From: Gemmatimonas sp.
Lineage (GTDB): Bacteria; Gemmatimonadota; Gemmatimonadetes; Gemmatimonadales; Gemmatimonadaceae
Reading direction: 5' to 3'
Assembly: GCA_021154285.1 (NCBI GenBank)
Contig: JAJKIV010000421.1
Span: 1 to 54,486, forward strand
Length of the DNA: 54,486 nucleotides
Shown: in pieces, positions 10,830 to 18,572 of the stretch
Numbering within the stretch: position 1 is the first letter of the stretch
Layout of the letters: each line of letters starts with the position of its first letter
Program-made: the position numbers and the translations under genes
Notes under the pieces: generated by a model
What the model was told of the DNA's origin: nothing
What the model saw: the letters and a program-made list of their open reading frames with translations, nothing else
The model's database searches: none

Positions 10830-11882
10830 GTGATCGGTCGTCGCCTCTGGACCATCGCGGCGGTTGTCGTGATGGCCGCCGGACGCCTCGCGGCGCAGCA
10901 GCCGAACCCGCAACAGCCGGCGCCGCCGCCGCATGTCGCTCCCCCATGGCGGATGAGCATCCGCGCCGACAATGACGCGTTCAACTTCTGGCGCGGGATC
11001 CATGACCGGCCCGACAAGGAATACACGAACGGCGACGAGGTGACCGTCGAGGTGTCGGCGGCGCCGTGGTGGGGTCGCCGTTTCGCGAGCCAGCTCGAGC
11101 CGTGCAAGGGTACTGAGCCGTCGGGCACCCGCTGCCTAACGACCGCGTTGTCTCTCGGGCAGGACATGTACACGCCCAAGCCGAGCCGCGAGCCGCGCGA
11201 AACGACGGATTGGCAGGACGACCGGCCGTATGCCGCCTGGCTGTACGCGAGCGGCGAGGCGCGCGTGCTCAGCGAGGAGTCCATGCGAACGGTGAGCCTG
11301 GCGCTCGGTGTCGTCGGGCCGCCGGCGTTAGGGGAGCTCGCGCAGCGGACTGCCCACAGGCTCTCCGGCGTGTACGACCAGGACCCGATTGGTTGGGACA
11401 CCCAGGTCGGCTTCGAGCCCGGCATCATGCTGTCGGCGCGGAGCGTACGTCGTTTCGTCGGCCGCTTGCCGTCGGGGCGTGCGGTCGTGGACTTCACTCC
11501 GCAGATCGGCGGATCGTTCGGGAACGTCCTGACCGAGGCGGAAGGCGGTTTCCAGCTTCGCGCCGGCACGAACCTCTCGAGTCCCTGGTGGACGAACGGA
11601 ACCGGTCGCGCGCCGGTCGAGCTATACGCCCTCGGCGGCGTTCGGGGCGAGGCAGTGGCCCACAACATCACGCTCGACGGCAACACGTCAGGCACCACGC
11701 GCCGCGTGGATCGCGTGCCGCTCGTCGGCGAATACTCCGTGGGCGTGGGCGGCCGGTTTGGCGGATTCCTCGCCGAGTGGCGAGCCGTGACGCGAAGCCG
11801 CGAGTACACGACCGGCCCGATGGAGCACGCGTACAGCACGCTGTTCGCCAGCTACGAAGTGCCGGTGCACCTGGGTCGCTGA
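10830..11882 (+). CDS. LpxR-family (DUF2219) outer-membrane protein, putative lipid A deacylase
   Basis: Signal peptide (WTIAAVVVMAAGRLAAQQ), then ADNDAFNF...DKEYTNGDEV, characteristic of DUF2219/LpxR. GTG start at 10830; the track ORF 10305.. runs back through gcdH and is not credible. Confidence 0.6.
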   Translation: MIGRRLWTIAAVVVMAAGRLAAQQPNPQQPAPPPHVAPPWRMSIRADNDAFNFWRGIHDRPDKEYTNGDEVTVEVSAAPWWGRRFASQLEPCKGTEPSGTRCLTTALSLGQDMYTPKPSREPRETTDWQDDRPYAAWLYASGEARVLSEESMRTVSLALGVVGPPALGELAQRTAHRLSGVYDQDPIGWDTQVGFEPGIMLSARSVRRFVGRLPSGRAVVDFTPQIGGSFGNVLTEAEGGFQLRAGTNLSSPWWTNGTGRAPVELYALGGVRGEAVAHNITLDGNTSGTTRRVDRVPLVGEYSVGVGGRFGGFLAEWRAVTRSREYTTGPMEHAYSTLFASYEVPVHLGR

Positions 11883-11919
11883 CGCGGCTTCCGCGCCCCT
11901 TCACGGCCGTCTACCTTTT

Positions 11920-11939
11920 CTTGTGAAATCCTTCACAAG
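11920..11939. promoter_or_regulatory. 20-bp palindrome CTTGTGAA-ATCC-TTCACAAG (contains TGTGA-N6-TCACA) just upstream of the etfB RBS
   Basis: Read directly: 11923-11927 is TGTGA and 11934-11938 is TCACA. A GAGG-type RBS follows at ~11941-11944 and the GTG start is at 11952. Confidence 0.5.
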
Positions 11940-11951
11940 CGAGGTACGACG

Positions 11952-12704
11952 GTGAAGATCGCCGTCTGCATCAAGCGCGTCCCCGAGATGGACGTGCGCT
12001 TCAAGATCGCGCCCAGCGGGACCAGCGTCGACGAGACCGGGCTCAAATGGGACATGAGCGACTTCGACGGCTATGCCGTCGAGGCGGCGCTCCAGCTGAC
12101 CGAAAAGCTCGGGAACGGCGAAGTCGTCGTCGTGACTGTGGGGCCGGATGCGGCACAGGAGACGCTTCGCAAGGCGCTCAGCATGGGGGTGACGCGTGCC
12201 GTCCACCTCAAGGTAGACGCCATCCCGTTCGACAACTTCGCCATCGCCAGGGCGCTTGCCACTGAGCTTCAGGGCGGCGGCTATGATCTCATCCTGTTCG
12301 GCAAGATGTCGATCGATTCGTCGAACGGCGCGGTCGGTCCCATCACCGCCGAGCTGCTGAATCTGCCGTGCGTGGCGGCGGCGTCGAAGCTCGAGATCGC
12401 GAACGGGAAGGGAACTGCTCGCCGCGAGCTCGAGGGCGCGGCCGAGCTGCTCGAGTTCCCGCTGCCGGCTGTCGTGAGCATCGACGAAGGCGTGGCGCGC
12501 CCGCGCTATCCGTCGCTCAAGGGCATCATGGCGGCGAAGAAAAAGCCGCTCGAGGTGAAGCCCGCGCAGCTCGGGGACCTTCGCATGACCGTATCGACGA
12601 TGGCGCTTCCACCGGACCGCCCACCCGGCCGGATCCTCGGCGAAGGCGTTGCCGCGGTGCCCGAGCTCGTCCGACTCCTGCAGACCGAGGCGAAGGTTCT
12701 CTGA
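11952..12704 (+). CDS. etfB: electron transfer flavoprotein beta subunit
   Basis: MKIAVCIKRVPE... is a typical EtfB N-terminus. 250 aa. The stop overlaps the etfA start (TGATG). Confidence 0.9.
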   Translation: MKIAVCIKRVPEMDVRFKIAPSGTSVDETGLKWDMSDFDGYAVEAALQLTEKLGNGEVVVVTVGPDAAQETLRKALSMGVTRAVHLKVDAIPFDNFAIARALATELQGGGYDLILFGKMSIDSSNGAVGPITAELLNLPCVAAASKLEIANGKGTARRELEGAAELLEFPLPAVVSIDEGVARPRYPSLKGIMAAKKKPLEVKPAQLGDLRMTVSTMALPPDRPPGRILGEGVAAVPELVRLLQTEAKVL

Positions 12705-13690
12705 TGGCCAACAACATTCTGGCGTTCGCCGAGTCGCGTGGTGGTGACCTGCGAAAGGTCGCGTACGAGGCGGTGACGGCCGCGCGCGCGTTGGCCGACG
12801 CCACCGGGGGCGAAGTCCACGCCGTGGTGGCCGGGCCGTCGGGTATTACCGCGAAGGCTGGCGCGTTAGGCACGTACGGCGCCGACGCGGTGACGGTCGT
12901 GGAGCACCCGGCGTTCGCCGACTACAACCCCGAGGCCCTGGCGGCGTTCGTCGCTGAACGTGCCAAGGGCGGCGGATATCGCGTAGTGGTGCTGATCGCG
13001 TCGGCGCAGGGGAAAGACCTCGCGCCACGCGTGGCGGGTAAGCTAGGCGTCCCCCTCGCGTCTGACCTAACGACCATTCGACTCGACGGTGATAAGGTCG
13101 TGGGCACCCACCCGGTGAACACGGGCAAGGTCATCGCGACGGTGACGCTGACGGCAAATCCCGCGGTCGTGTCACTTCGCCCGGGCGCGGTGACGGCAGC
13201 CGAGAAGCCGCGTACCGCGCGCATCGAGACCGCCGCACCTGCCGGCGATCCGGCGGCGTCGCGCGTGAAGGTGACGCAGACGATCGCAGGCAACACGGCG
13301 AAGCTCGATCTCGGCGACGCCCCGGTCATCGTGAGTGGTGGCCGAGGCCTCAAGGCTGCAGAGAACTTCAAGCTGGTCGAGGAGCTCGCGGCGGCATTCG
13401 GCAACGCGGCCGTTGGCGCCACGCGCGCAGTGACGGACGACGGGTGGCGCCCGCACAGCGATCAGATCGGGCAGACGGGCCGACAGGTGAGCCCGAACCT
13501 CTACGTTGCTGTCGGGATCTCTGGCGCCATTCAGCATCTTGCCGGCATGCGCACGTCGAAGACGATCGTGGCGATCAACAAGGATCCCGAGGCGCCGATC
13601 TTCAAGGTCGCGGACTACGGGATCGTGGGCGACGTGCTCGAGGTCGTCCCCGCGTTGACGGCTGCGGTGAAGGCGGCGAAGGGCCATTGA
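12704..13690 (+). CDS. etfA: electron transfer flavoprotein alpha subunit
   Basis: Starts MANNILAFAE. C-terminal FAD-binding motifs are VSGGRG, PNLYVAVGISGAIQHLAGM and IVAINKDPEAPIF. Confidence 0.9.
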   Translation: MANNILAFAESRGGDLRKVAYEAVTAARALADATGGEVHAVVAGPSGITAKAGALGTYGADAVTVVEHPAFADYNPEALAAFVAERAKGGGYRVVVLIASAQGKDLAPRVAGKLGVPLASDLTTIRLDGDKVVGTHPVNTGKVIATVTLTANPAVVSLRPGAVTAAEKPRTARIETAAPAGDPAASRVKVTQTIAGNTAKLDLGDAPVIVSGGRGLKAAENFKLVEELAAAFGNAAVGATRAVTDDGWRPHSDQIGQTGRQVSPNLYVAVGISGAIQHLAGMRTSKTIVAINKDPEAPIFKVADYGIVGDVLEVVPALTAAVKAAKGH

Positions 13691-13761
13691 CGGGAACGGG
13701 GAACCGGGAACAGAAACTCCGCGAGGAGTCACAGTTCCCGGTTCCCCGTTCCCGGTTCCCG
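13691..13761. repeat. intergenic hairpin element B built from (C/G)GGGAAC units, between etfA and the etfD-like gene
   Basis: 13691-13711 (CGGGAACGGGGAACCGGGAAC) is perfectly complementary to 13734-13754, a 21-bp stem. The 22-nt loop holds a mini-hairpin ACTCC-GCGA-GGAGT. One extra unit, GTTCCCG, lies at 13755-13761. Confidence 0.9.
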
Positions 13762-13775
13762 ATTAGTATCACCGC

Positions 13776-15848
13776 ATGACCCAGAACGTCCTCTTCCTTC
13801 TCGTTCTCGTCGCGGCGCTCGGCTTCTTCTCGTACAACGCGCAACGCCTCGTTCGCTACCTCACCACCGGTCACGACGAGCACCGCACCGACCATCCGTG
13901 GACGCGGCTGCGCAACGTCGTCGTCATCGGGATCGGGCAATCGAAGATCCTCCGCGAGCCGTTCGCCGGCATTCTGCACGCGTCGGTGTTCTGGGGGTTC
14001 GTCATCCTGACGCTCGGGTCGATCGAGATTCTCGCGCGCGGAGTATTCCCCGCGTTCGGTTTCGATCGGATGCTACCGACGCCCGTACACGGGCTATTTC
14101 TGCTGTCGCAGGAGTTATTCGCGGGGCTCGTGCTCGCCGCCGTCGTCGTGCTGCTGTATCGCCGGCTGGTCATCAAGCCGCGCCGACTCCAGGGCGACAA
14201 GGTTCATTCGGGCGACGCCGTCTTCATCCTGTCGATGATCGCGGCGCTCATGGTGACGCTCTTCCTGAGCGCGACGTTTGATCGCGTCGTGGAAGCGCGC
14301 CACGCGGCGGCGTTCCAACCGATCTCCAGCGTGCTGGCGCTGGTGTTCGGCGGTGTTTCTCCCGGTACCGCCCGCTCGATCGCGACGGCGAGCACGTGGA
14401 GTCACGCGCTACTGTTGCTCGCGTTCCTCAACTACCTCCCGTACTCGAAGCACCTCCACGTCATCACGTCGCTGCCTAACACGTTCTTCTCGAACACCAG
14501 CGGGCCCGGGCAGGTCGGCGTCATGCGTCCAATGGACCTCGAAGCCGAGGGAGTCGAGACCTTCGGTGCGTCCGACGTGAAGGACCTCTCGTGGAAGAAC
14601 CTGCTCGACGGGTACTCGTGCACCGAGTGTGGCCGATGCACGGCCGCATGTCCGGCGAACATCACCGGGAAGCCGCTGAGCCCGCGCAAGATCGTCGTCA
14701 ACGTCAGGCAGCGCACCATGGAGATCGCGCCGCTGCTGAAAGGTGATCGGGCCGAGGCGGCGCACGCGGTGCTCGCGGGCGGCGAAGGCGACGACGCCGG
14801 CGGCGGAACGGTCGGCGAGCGCGTGGGCCATCGACTGCTCGACACCTACATCACCGAAGACGAGCTGTGGGCGTGCACGTCGTGTCGGGCGTGCGTGCAG
14901 GAGTGCCCGGTTTCGATCGACCAGCTCGACGTGATCAACGAGCTGCGTCGAAACCTCGTGCTCACCGAGTCGCGTTTCCCGGAGGAGATCCAGCCCGCGT
15001 TCGAGGCGATGGAGCGGAACGGCGCGCCGTGGAAATTCCAGCCGGCGGATCGCGGGCGATGGGCCGACGGCCTCGGCGTCACGACGATGGCCGAATTTGC
15101 CGAGCGCAACGAGCGGCCGGACGTGCTCTTCTGGGTCGGGTGCATGGCGTCGTTCGACGATCGCGCGAAGAAGATCGCCGTCGCGTTCGCGCGCATTCTC
15201 AATGCAGCCGGTATTCGGTTCGCGATCCTCGCGCAGGAAGAGTCGTGTAACGGCGACCCGGCGCGACGCATGGGGAACGAATACCTCTACCAGATGCTCG
15301 CCCGGCAGGCGATCGAGACGCTCGATCGGTATCACGTGACGACGATCGTCACCACGTGCCCGCACTGCTTCCACCAGATCGGCAACGAGTATCCACAGCT
15401 GGGTGGGCACTACGAGGTCATTCACCACTCGACGTACATCGAGCGGCTACTGCAACAGGAACTCGTTCCGCTCCGCACGGAGAACGGAAAGCAGCTGGTC
15501 GTCGCGTATCACGACAGCTGCTACCTGGGTCGCTACAACGATGTCTACGACGCGCCGCGCGAGACGCTCAAGCGCGCGCTGCCGGTGGTGACGGTCGCGG
15601 AGCCGCCGCGGAATCGTAGCCGGGGACTCTGCTGCGGCGCAGGCGGCGGCCGCATGTGGATGGAAGAACGCGTGGGCAAGCGCATCAATGTCGAGCGCAC
15701 CGAGGAGCTGCTGGGCACGGGCGCGGACGCGTTGGCCGTCGCCTGTCCGTTCTGCATGACGATGATCTCCGATGGCGCGAAGGCGCTGGGCAGCGACGTG
15801 CCCGTCTACGACATCGCTGAGGTCGTCGCCGGACAGCTCGAGCGGTAA
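13776..15848 (+). CDS. membrane-anchored Fe-S oxidoreductase (EtfD-like; haem-b/NarI-like TM domain + 2x[4Fe-4S] + CCG domains)
   Basis: 690 aa. Has about 5 N-terminal TM helices, [12 protein letters not shown] and [12 protein letters not shown] ferredoxin motifs, and two CCG-type Cys motifs (CPHCFHQ, CCGAGGG, CPFCMTM). It lies immediately downstream of etfBA. Confidence 0.8.
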   Translation: MTQNVLFLLVLVAALGFFSYNAQRLVRYLTTGHDEHRTDHPWTRLRNVVVIGIGQSKILREPFAGILHASVFWGFVILTLGSIEILARGVFPAFGFDRMLPTPVHGLFLLSQELFAGLVLAAVVVLLYRRLVIKPRRLQGDKVHSGDAVFILSMIAALMVTLFLSATFDRVVEARHAAAFQPISSVLALVFGGVSPGTARSIATASTWSHALLLLAFLNYLPYSKHLHVITSLPNTFFSNTSGPGQVGVMRPMDLEAEGVETFGASDVKDLSWKNLLDGYSCTECGRCTAACPANITGKPLSPRKIVVNVRQRTMEIAPLLKGDRAEAAHAVLAGGEGDDAGGGTVGERVGHRLLDTYITEDELWACTSCRACVQECPVSIDQLDVINELRRNLVLTESRFPEEIQPAFEAMERNGAPWKFQPADRGRWADGLGVTTMAEFAERNERPDVLFWVGCMASFDDRAKKIAVAFARILNAAGIRFAILAQEESCNGDPARRMGNEYLYQMLARQAIETLDRYHVTTIVTTCPHCFHQIGNEYPQLGGHYEVIHHSTYIERLLQQELVPLRTENGKQLVVAYHDSCYLGRYNDVYDAPRETLKRALPVVTVAEPPRNRSRGLCCGAGGGRMWMEERVGKRINVERTEELLGTGADALAVACPFCMTMISDGAKALGSDVPVYDIAEVVAGQLER

Positions 15849-15968
15849 GACCGATGACGAAATACGAACGACCCACAACCCGAAACCAGCGACTCGGGAA
15901 GACATCGCGATCAAACTTCCCGAGTCGTTAGTTCTTGGTAAACGGTCGCTGGTACTTCGTCATCAGTC
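15849..15968. repeat. ~120-nt nested-hairpin repeat element C (homologous to element F at 49661-49779)
   Basis: Outer arms 15849-15873 and 15944-15968 pair at 21 of 25 positions. The inner perfect 12-bp stem is CGACTCGGGAAG 15890-15901 with CTTCCCGAGTCG 15916-15927. The element starts directly after the etfD-like stop codon. Confidence 0.85.
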
Positions 15969-16544
15969 GTGTCCTCCATCCATCCGTTTCCGGTGCTCGG
16001 CTTCCTCCTGCGTCTCCTCCACGATCACCGTTAGGCGCCCGCGCTGAATGTGCGCCGAGATGGGCCGCTTGCAGCGAGGGCAGGTGGTCGACCCCATCCG
16101 CTGCAGCGCTTCGCGATCCACGGGGTTTCCGCAGCCCGGACAATGCACGGCGATCCCGAGCGGCGGCCGTGACGGCGTGATGAGGTGGAGTCGCGGTGTC
16201 GCCGCAGTTCGGGCGCTCGCGGCGGCGGGAACTGCCTCCGTCGATTTCGGCGTCGCCTGAGGCTTACGTTCCGCCGCCGCGTCGAGTCGACGCCCGGCTG
16301 CCGCGAGGAACACCCGCTCGCGAGGCGTCATGCGGGCCAGATCGGCCGGCGAGACGAGGCCTTGCCTGACGAGTGCGTCGGCGGCCGCGGACGGCATCGA
16401 AGCCGCGAGCGCCTCCATCTGCGCCTCCTCGACACGCGAGTCGGACACGAGCGACCGCACGTTGCGGCCGACCCATTTGATCAGGCCGTACGCGATGCCG
16501 ACCATGGCAAAGGCTTCTGCGCCGTACTTGAAGCTGACCGCCAT
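15963..16544 (-). CDS. hypothetical membrane protein with C-terminal zinc ribbon
   Basis: ATG at 16544 gives MAVSFKYGAEAFAMVGIAYGLIKW (TM helix). The C-terminus has CPGCG...CPRCK. The track start 16754 would overlap the upstream methyltransferase gene. Confidence 0.45.
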   Translation of the reverse strand: MAVSFKYGAEAFAMVGIAYGLIKWVGRNVRSLVSDSRVEEAQMEALAASMPSAAADALVRQGLVSPADLARMTPRERVFLAAAGRRLDAAAERKPQATPKSTEAVPAAASARTAATPRLHLITPSRPPLGIAVHCPGCGNPVDREALQRMGSTTCPRCKRPISAHIQRGRLTVIVEETQEEAEHRKRMDGGHD

Positions 16545-16608
16545 GCAGGAAGGGACAGGGACAGAGCGTGGACCACCTCTACCCAAGACGCCCCACGTCA
16601 GGCGTGGG

Positions 16609-17322
16609 TTACCGCCGACGAACCTCGTAGAGGTCGATCGTCTGGCGGATGTTGCCCTCCTCGAATGGCACGCGATCGAGGATGGCCGCCGGCATGCCTC
16701 GCTCCTTGCACTCCTCCACGAACCTCGGTGCAGCAACCCGTCCCGGGTCCGCAATGATCGCCGAGCCGCGCCCGGTGAGTGTGCGGTCGAGCACTCCGGC
16801 GATCAGCGATGCATGTGGCTGCTCGTACAGCACGTCCGAGGCAACGACGAGCTCGAAACGCCCGATATCGTGTGGGAAGCGACGCCAGTCGCCGATACGG
16901 GTGTCGATCAATGCTCCCGTGTTCACCAGCACGTTGAGTGCGGTGAAACGCAGCGCTTCCTCGTAGTAGTCTGTCGCCGTGACGTCGAAGCCCGCGATCG
17001 CGGCGGCCACCGACACGAGACCGGCGCCGCAGCCAAGCTCCAGAAATCGCCGGTCATCCACCGGCATGGTCGCGACGCGCTCCGCGAGCACGCGCGCCGA
17101 CGGCCACACGTCCGCCCAATACGGGAGTCGCTCATCCTCCACGTAGGCTTGCTCGTCGATCAGGTCGTCCGCGTTACGCGGGTGATGGATGCGCACCTCA
17201 CGCCCGGCGATCAGCATGTCGGTGCGGACGATGTCGAACTGCGCGCTCAACTCGCCGAGCGTCTGGTTGACCAGGGCGGTCGCTTCGGGGGACAGCACGG
17301 GGGAAGGCGGCGACGTCGACAT
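16609..17322 (-). CDS. class I SAM-dependent methyltransferase (protein-lysine MTase-like)
   Basis: LELGCGAGLVSVAAAIAG.DVTATDY motif I, with post-I acidic residue. ATGA overlap with the moeA stop. Confidence 0.8.
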   Translation of the reverse strand: MSTSPPSPVLSPEATALVNQTLGELSAQFDIVRTDMLIAGREVRIHHPRNADDLIDEQAYVEDERLPYWADVWPSARVLAERVATMPVDDRRFLELGCGAGLVSVAAAIAGFDVTATDYYEEALRFTALNVLVNTGALIDTRIGDWRRFPHDIGRFELVVASDVLYEQPHASLIAGVLDRTLTGRGSAIIADPGRVAAPRFVEECKERGMPAAILDRVPFEEGNIRQTIDLYEVRRR

Positions 17323-18572
17323 CAGAGGGCGAACTCGGTCGTTAGGCCGGCCGCGTCGCCGAACGGCAGCGCGTGCAGCGTCTCACCCGCTTCGACGACG
17401 GGCCGATCTTCCGGAACGACCAGCAGCGCGTTCGCGCGCGACATGGACATGAGGATTCCCGAGCCTTGCGGCCCTGTGAGACGCGCCGTGACGACACCAT
17501 CGTTGCCGGTGGTGACGATGGCGCGCAGAAAATGCGTCAGGCGAGCGCCGATCGTGACCCGCTCCTCGAGCACGACCGGGACGGGCCGCCGAAACAGCCG
17601 CGCGTGTCCGAGCATGCGTCGCAACACCGGCCGAACGAACAGCTCGAAGGTCACCATCGTGGACACCGGATTGCCGGGAAGTCCGATCCACGGCGCGGAG
17701 CCAAGCAGACCAAATCCGAGAGGCGCTCCAGGTCGCATCCGCACGCGCCAGAACTTCATGTCGGCGCCGAGTGACTCGATGACCTCCCGCGTGTAATCGA
17801 ACTCACCCACGGACACGCCCGCGGACGTCAGCACGAGATCGCACCCGGCCGTACGCCGCAGGTGGTCCCTGAGCGAGGCGGGATCGTCGGTGGCAACTCC
17901 GAGGTTCACCGGCTCACCGCCCGCATCGCGTACGAGCGCCTGCAGGGTGTAGCCATTCGACGATACGATCTTGCGGCCGGCCAGTACCTCGTGGAACCCA
18001 TCGACATCGACCAGCTCGTCGCCCGACCCCATGATCGCAACGCGCGGTCGCCGATACACATCGATCGTCGATCGCCCGATCGACGCCAGCACGCCGAGCT
18101 GCGCGGGGCCGAGCGGCGCCCCGGCGTCGAGCAGCGTATCGCCCTCGCGAAAATCCTCGCCGCGTGGGCGCACGTTGCGTCGCGCGTCACGCGCGTTCCG
18201 CACGAGCACCTGAGCCGTTCCGCCATCGGTGTCTTCCACGCGAACCACGGTGTCCGCCCCATCGGGAAGCGGCGCACCTGTCATGATCCGGATCGCCTCC
18301 CCGCTGCGGACTGGCTGCGTCGCGAAGCGTCCCGCCGCGACTGTTTCCAGGACGCGCAGCGTCGCGGGTCGTTCGGCGGTAGCGCTATCGATGTCCGCGC
18401 CCTGCACGGCATAGCCGTCCATGGCGGAGTTGTCCCACGCCGGCAGCGTCATCGGCGCGCGGACCGATTCCGCCAGCACCATGCCTAACGCATCGAGCAG
18501 CGGCACCCGCTCGATGGCGAGCGGCGCGATGTGCTCGAGGATTCGTGCGCTCGCCTCGGGGACGGTCAGCAT
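17322..18572 (-). CDS. moeA: molybdopterin molybdotransferase
   Basis: LPAWDNSAMDGYAV and the MoeA domain order. I place the start at ATG 18572 (MLTVPEASARIL), which forms an ATGA overlap with the dacB stop. Confidence 0.85.
   Translation of the reverse strand: MLTVPEASARILEHIAPLAIERVPLLDALGMVLAESVRAPMTLPAWDNSAMDGYAVQGADIDSATAERPATLRVLETVAAGRFATQPVRSGEAIRIMTGAPLPDGADTVVRVEDTDGGTAQVLVRNARDARRNVRPRGEDFREGDTLLDAGAPLGPAQLGVLASIGRSTIDVYRRPRVAIMGSGDELVDVDGFHEVLAGRKIVSSNGYTLQALVRDAGGEPVNLGVATDDPASLRDHLRRTAGCDLVLTSAGVSVGEFDYTREVIESLGADMKFWRVRMRPGAPLGFGLLGSAPWIGLPGNPVSTMVTFELFVRPVLRRMLGHARLFRRPVPVVLEERVTIGARLTHFLRAIVTTGNDGVVTARLTGPQGSGILMSMSRANALLVVPEDRPVVEAGETLHALPFGDAAGLTTEFAL

Noticed and set aside
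14409-15428. 339-aa ORF antisense to the EtfD-like gene
   Set aside because: The opposite frame carries the ferredoxin and CCG cysteine motifs. The antisense translation is low-complexity and Arg-rich.
16330-17796. 488-aa plus-strand ORF spanning the methyltransferase and moeA region
   Set aside because: It is antisense to two genes with clear family motifs that are translationally coupled. It has no motifs of its own.
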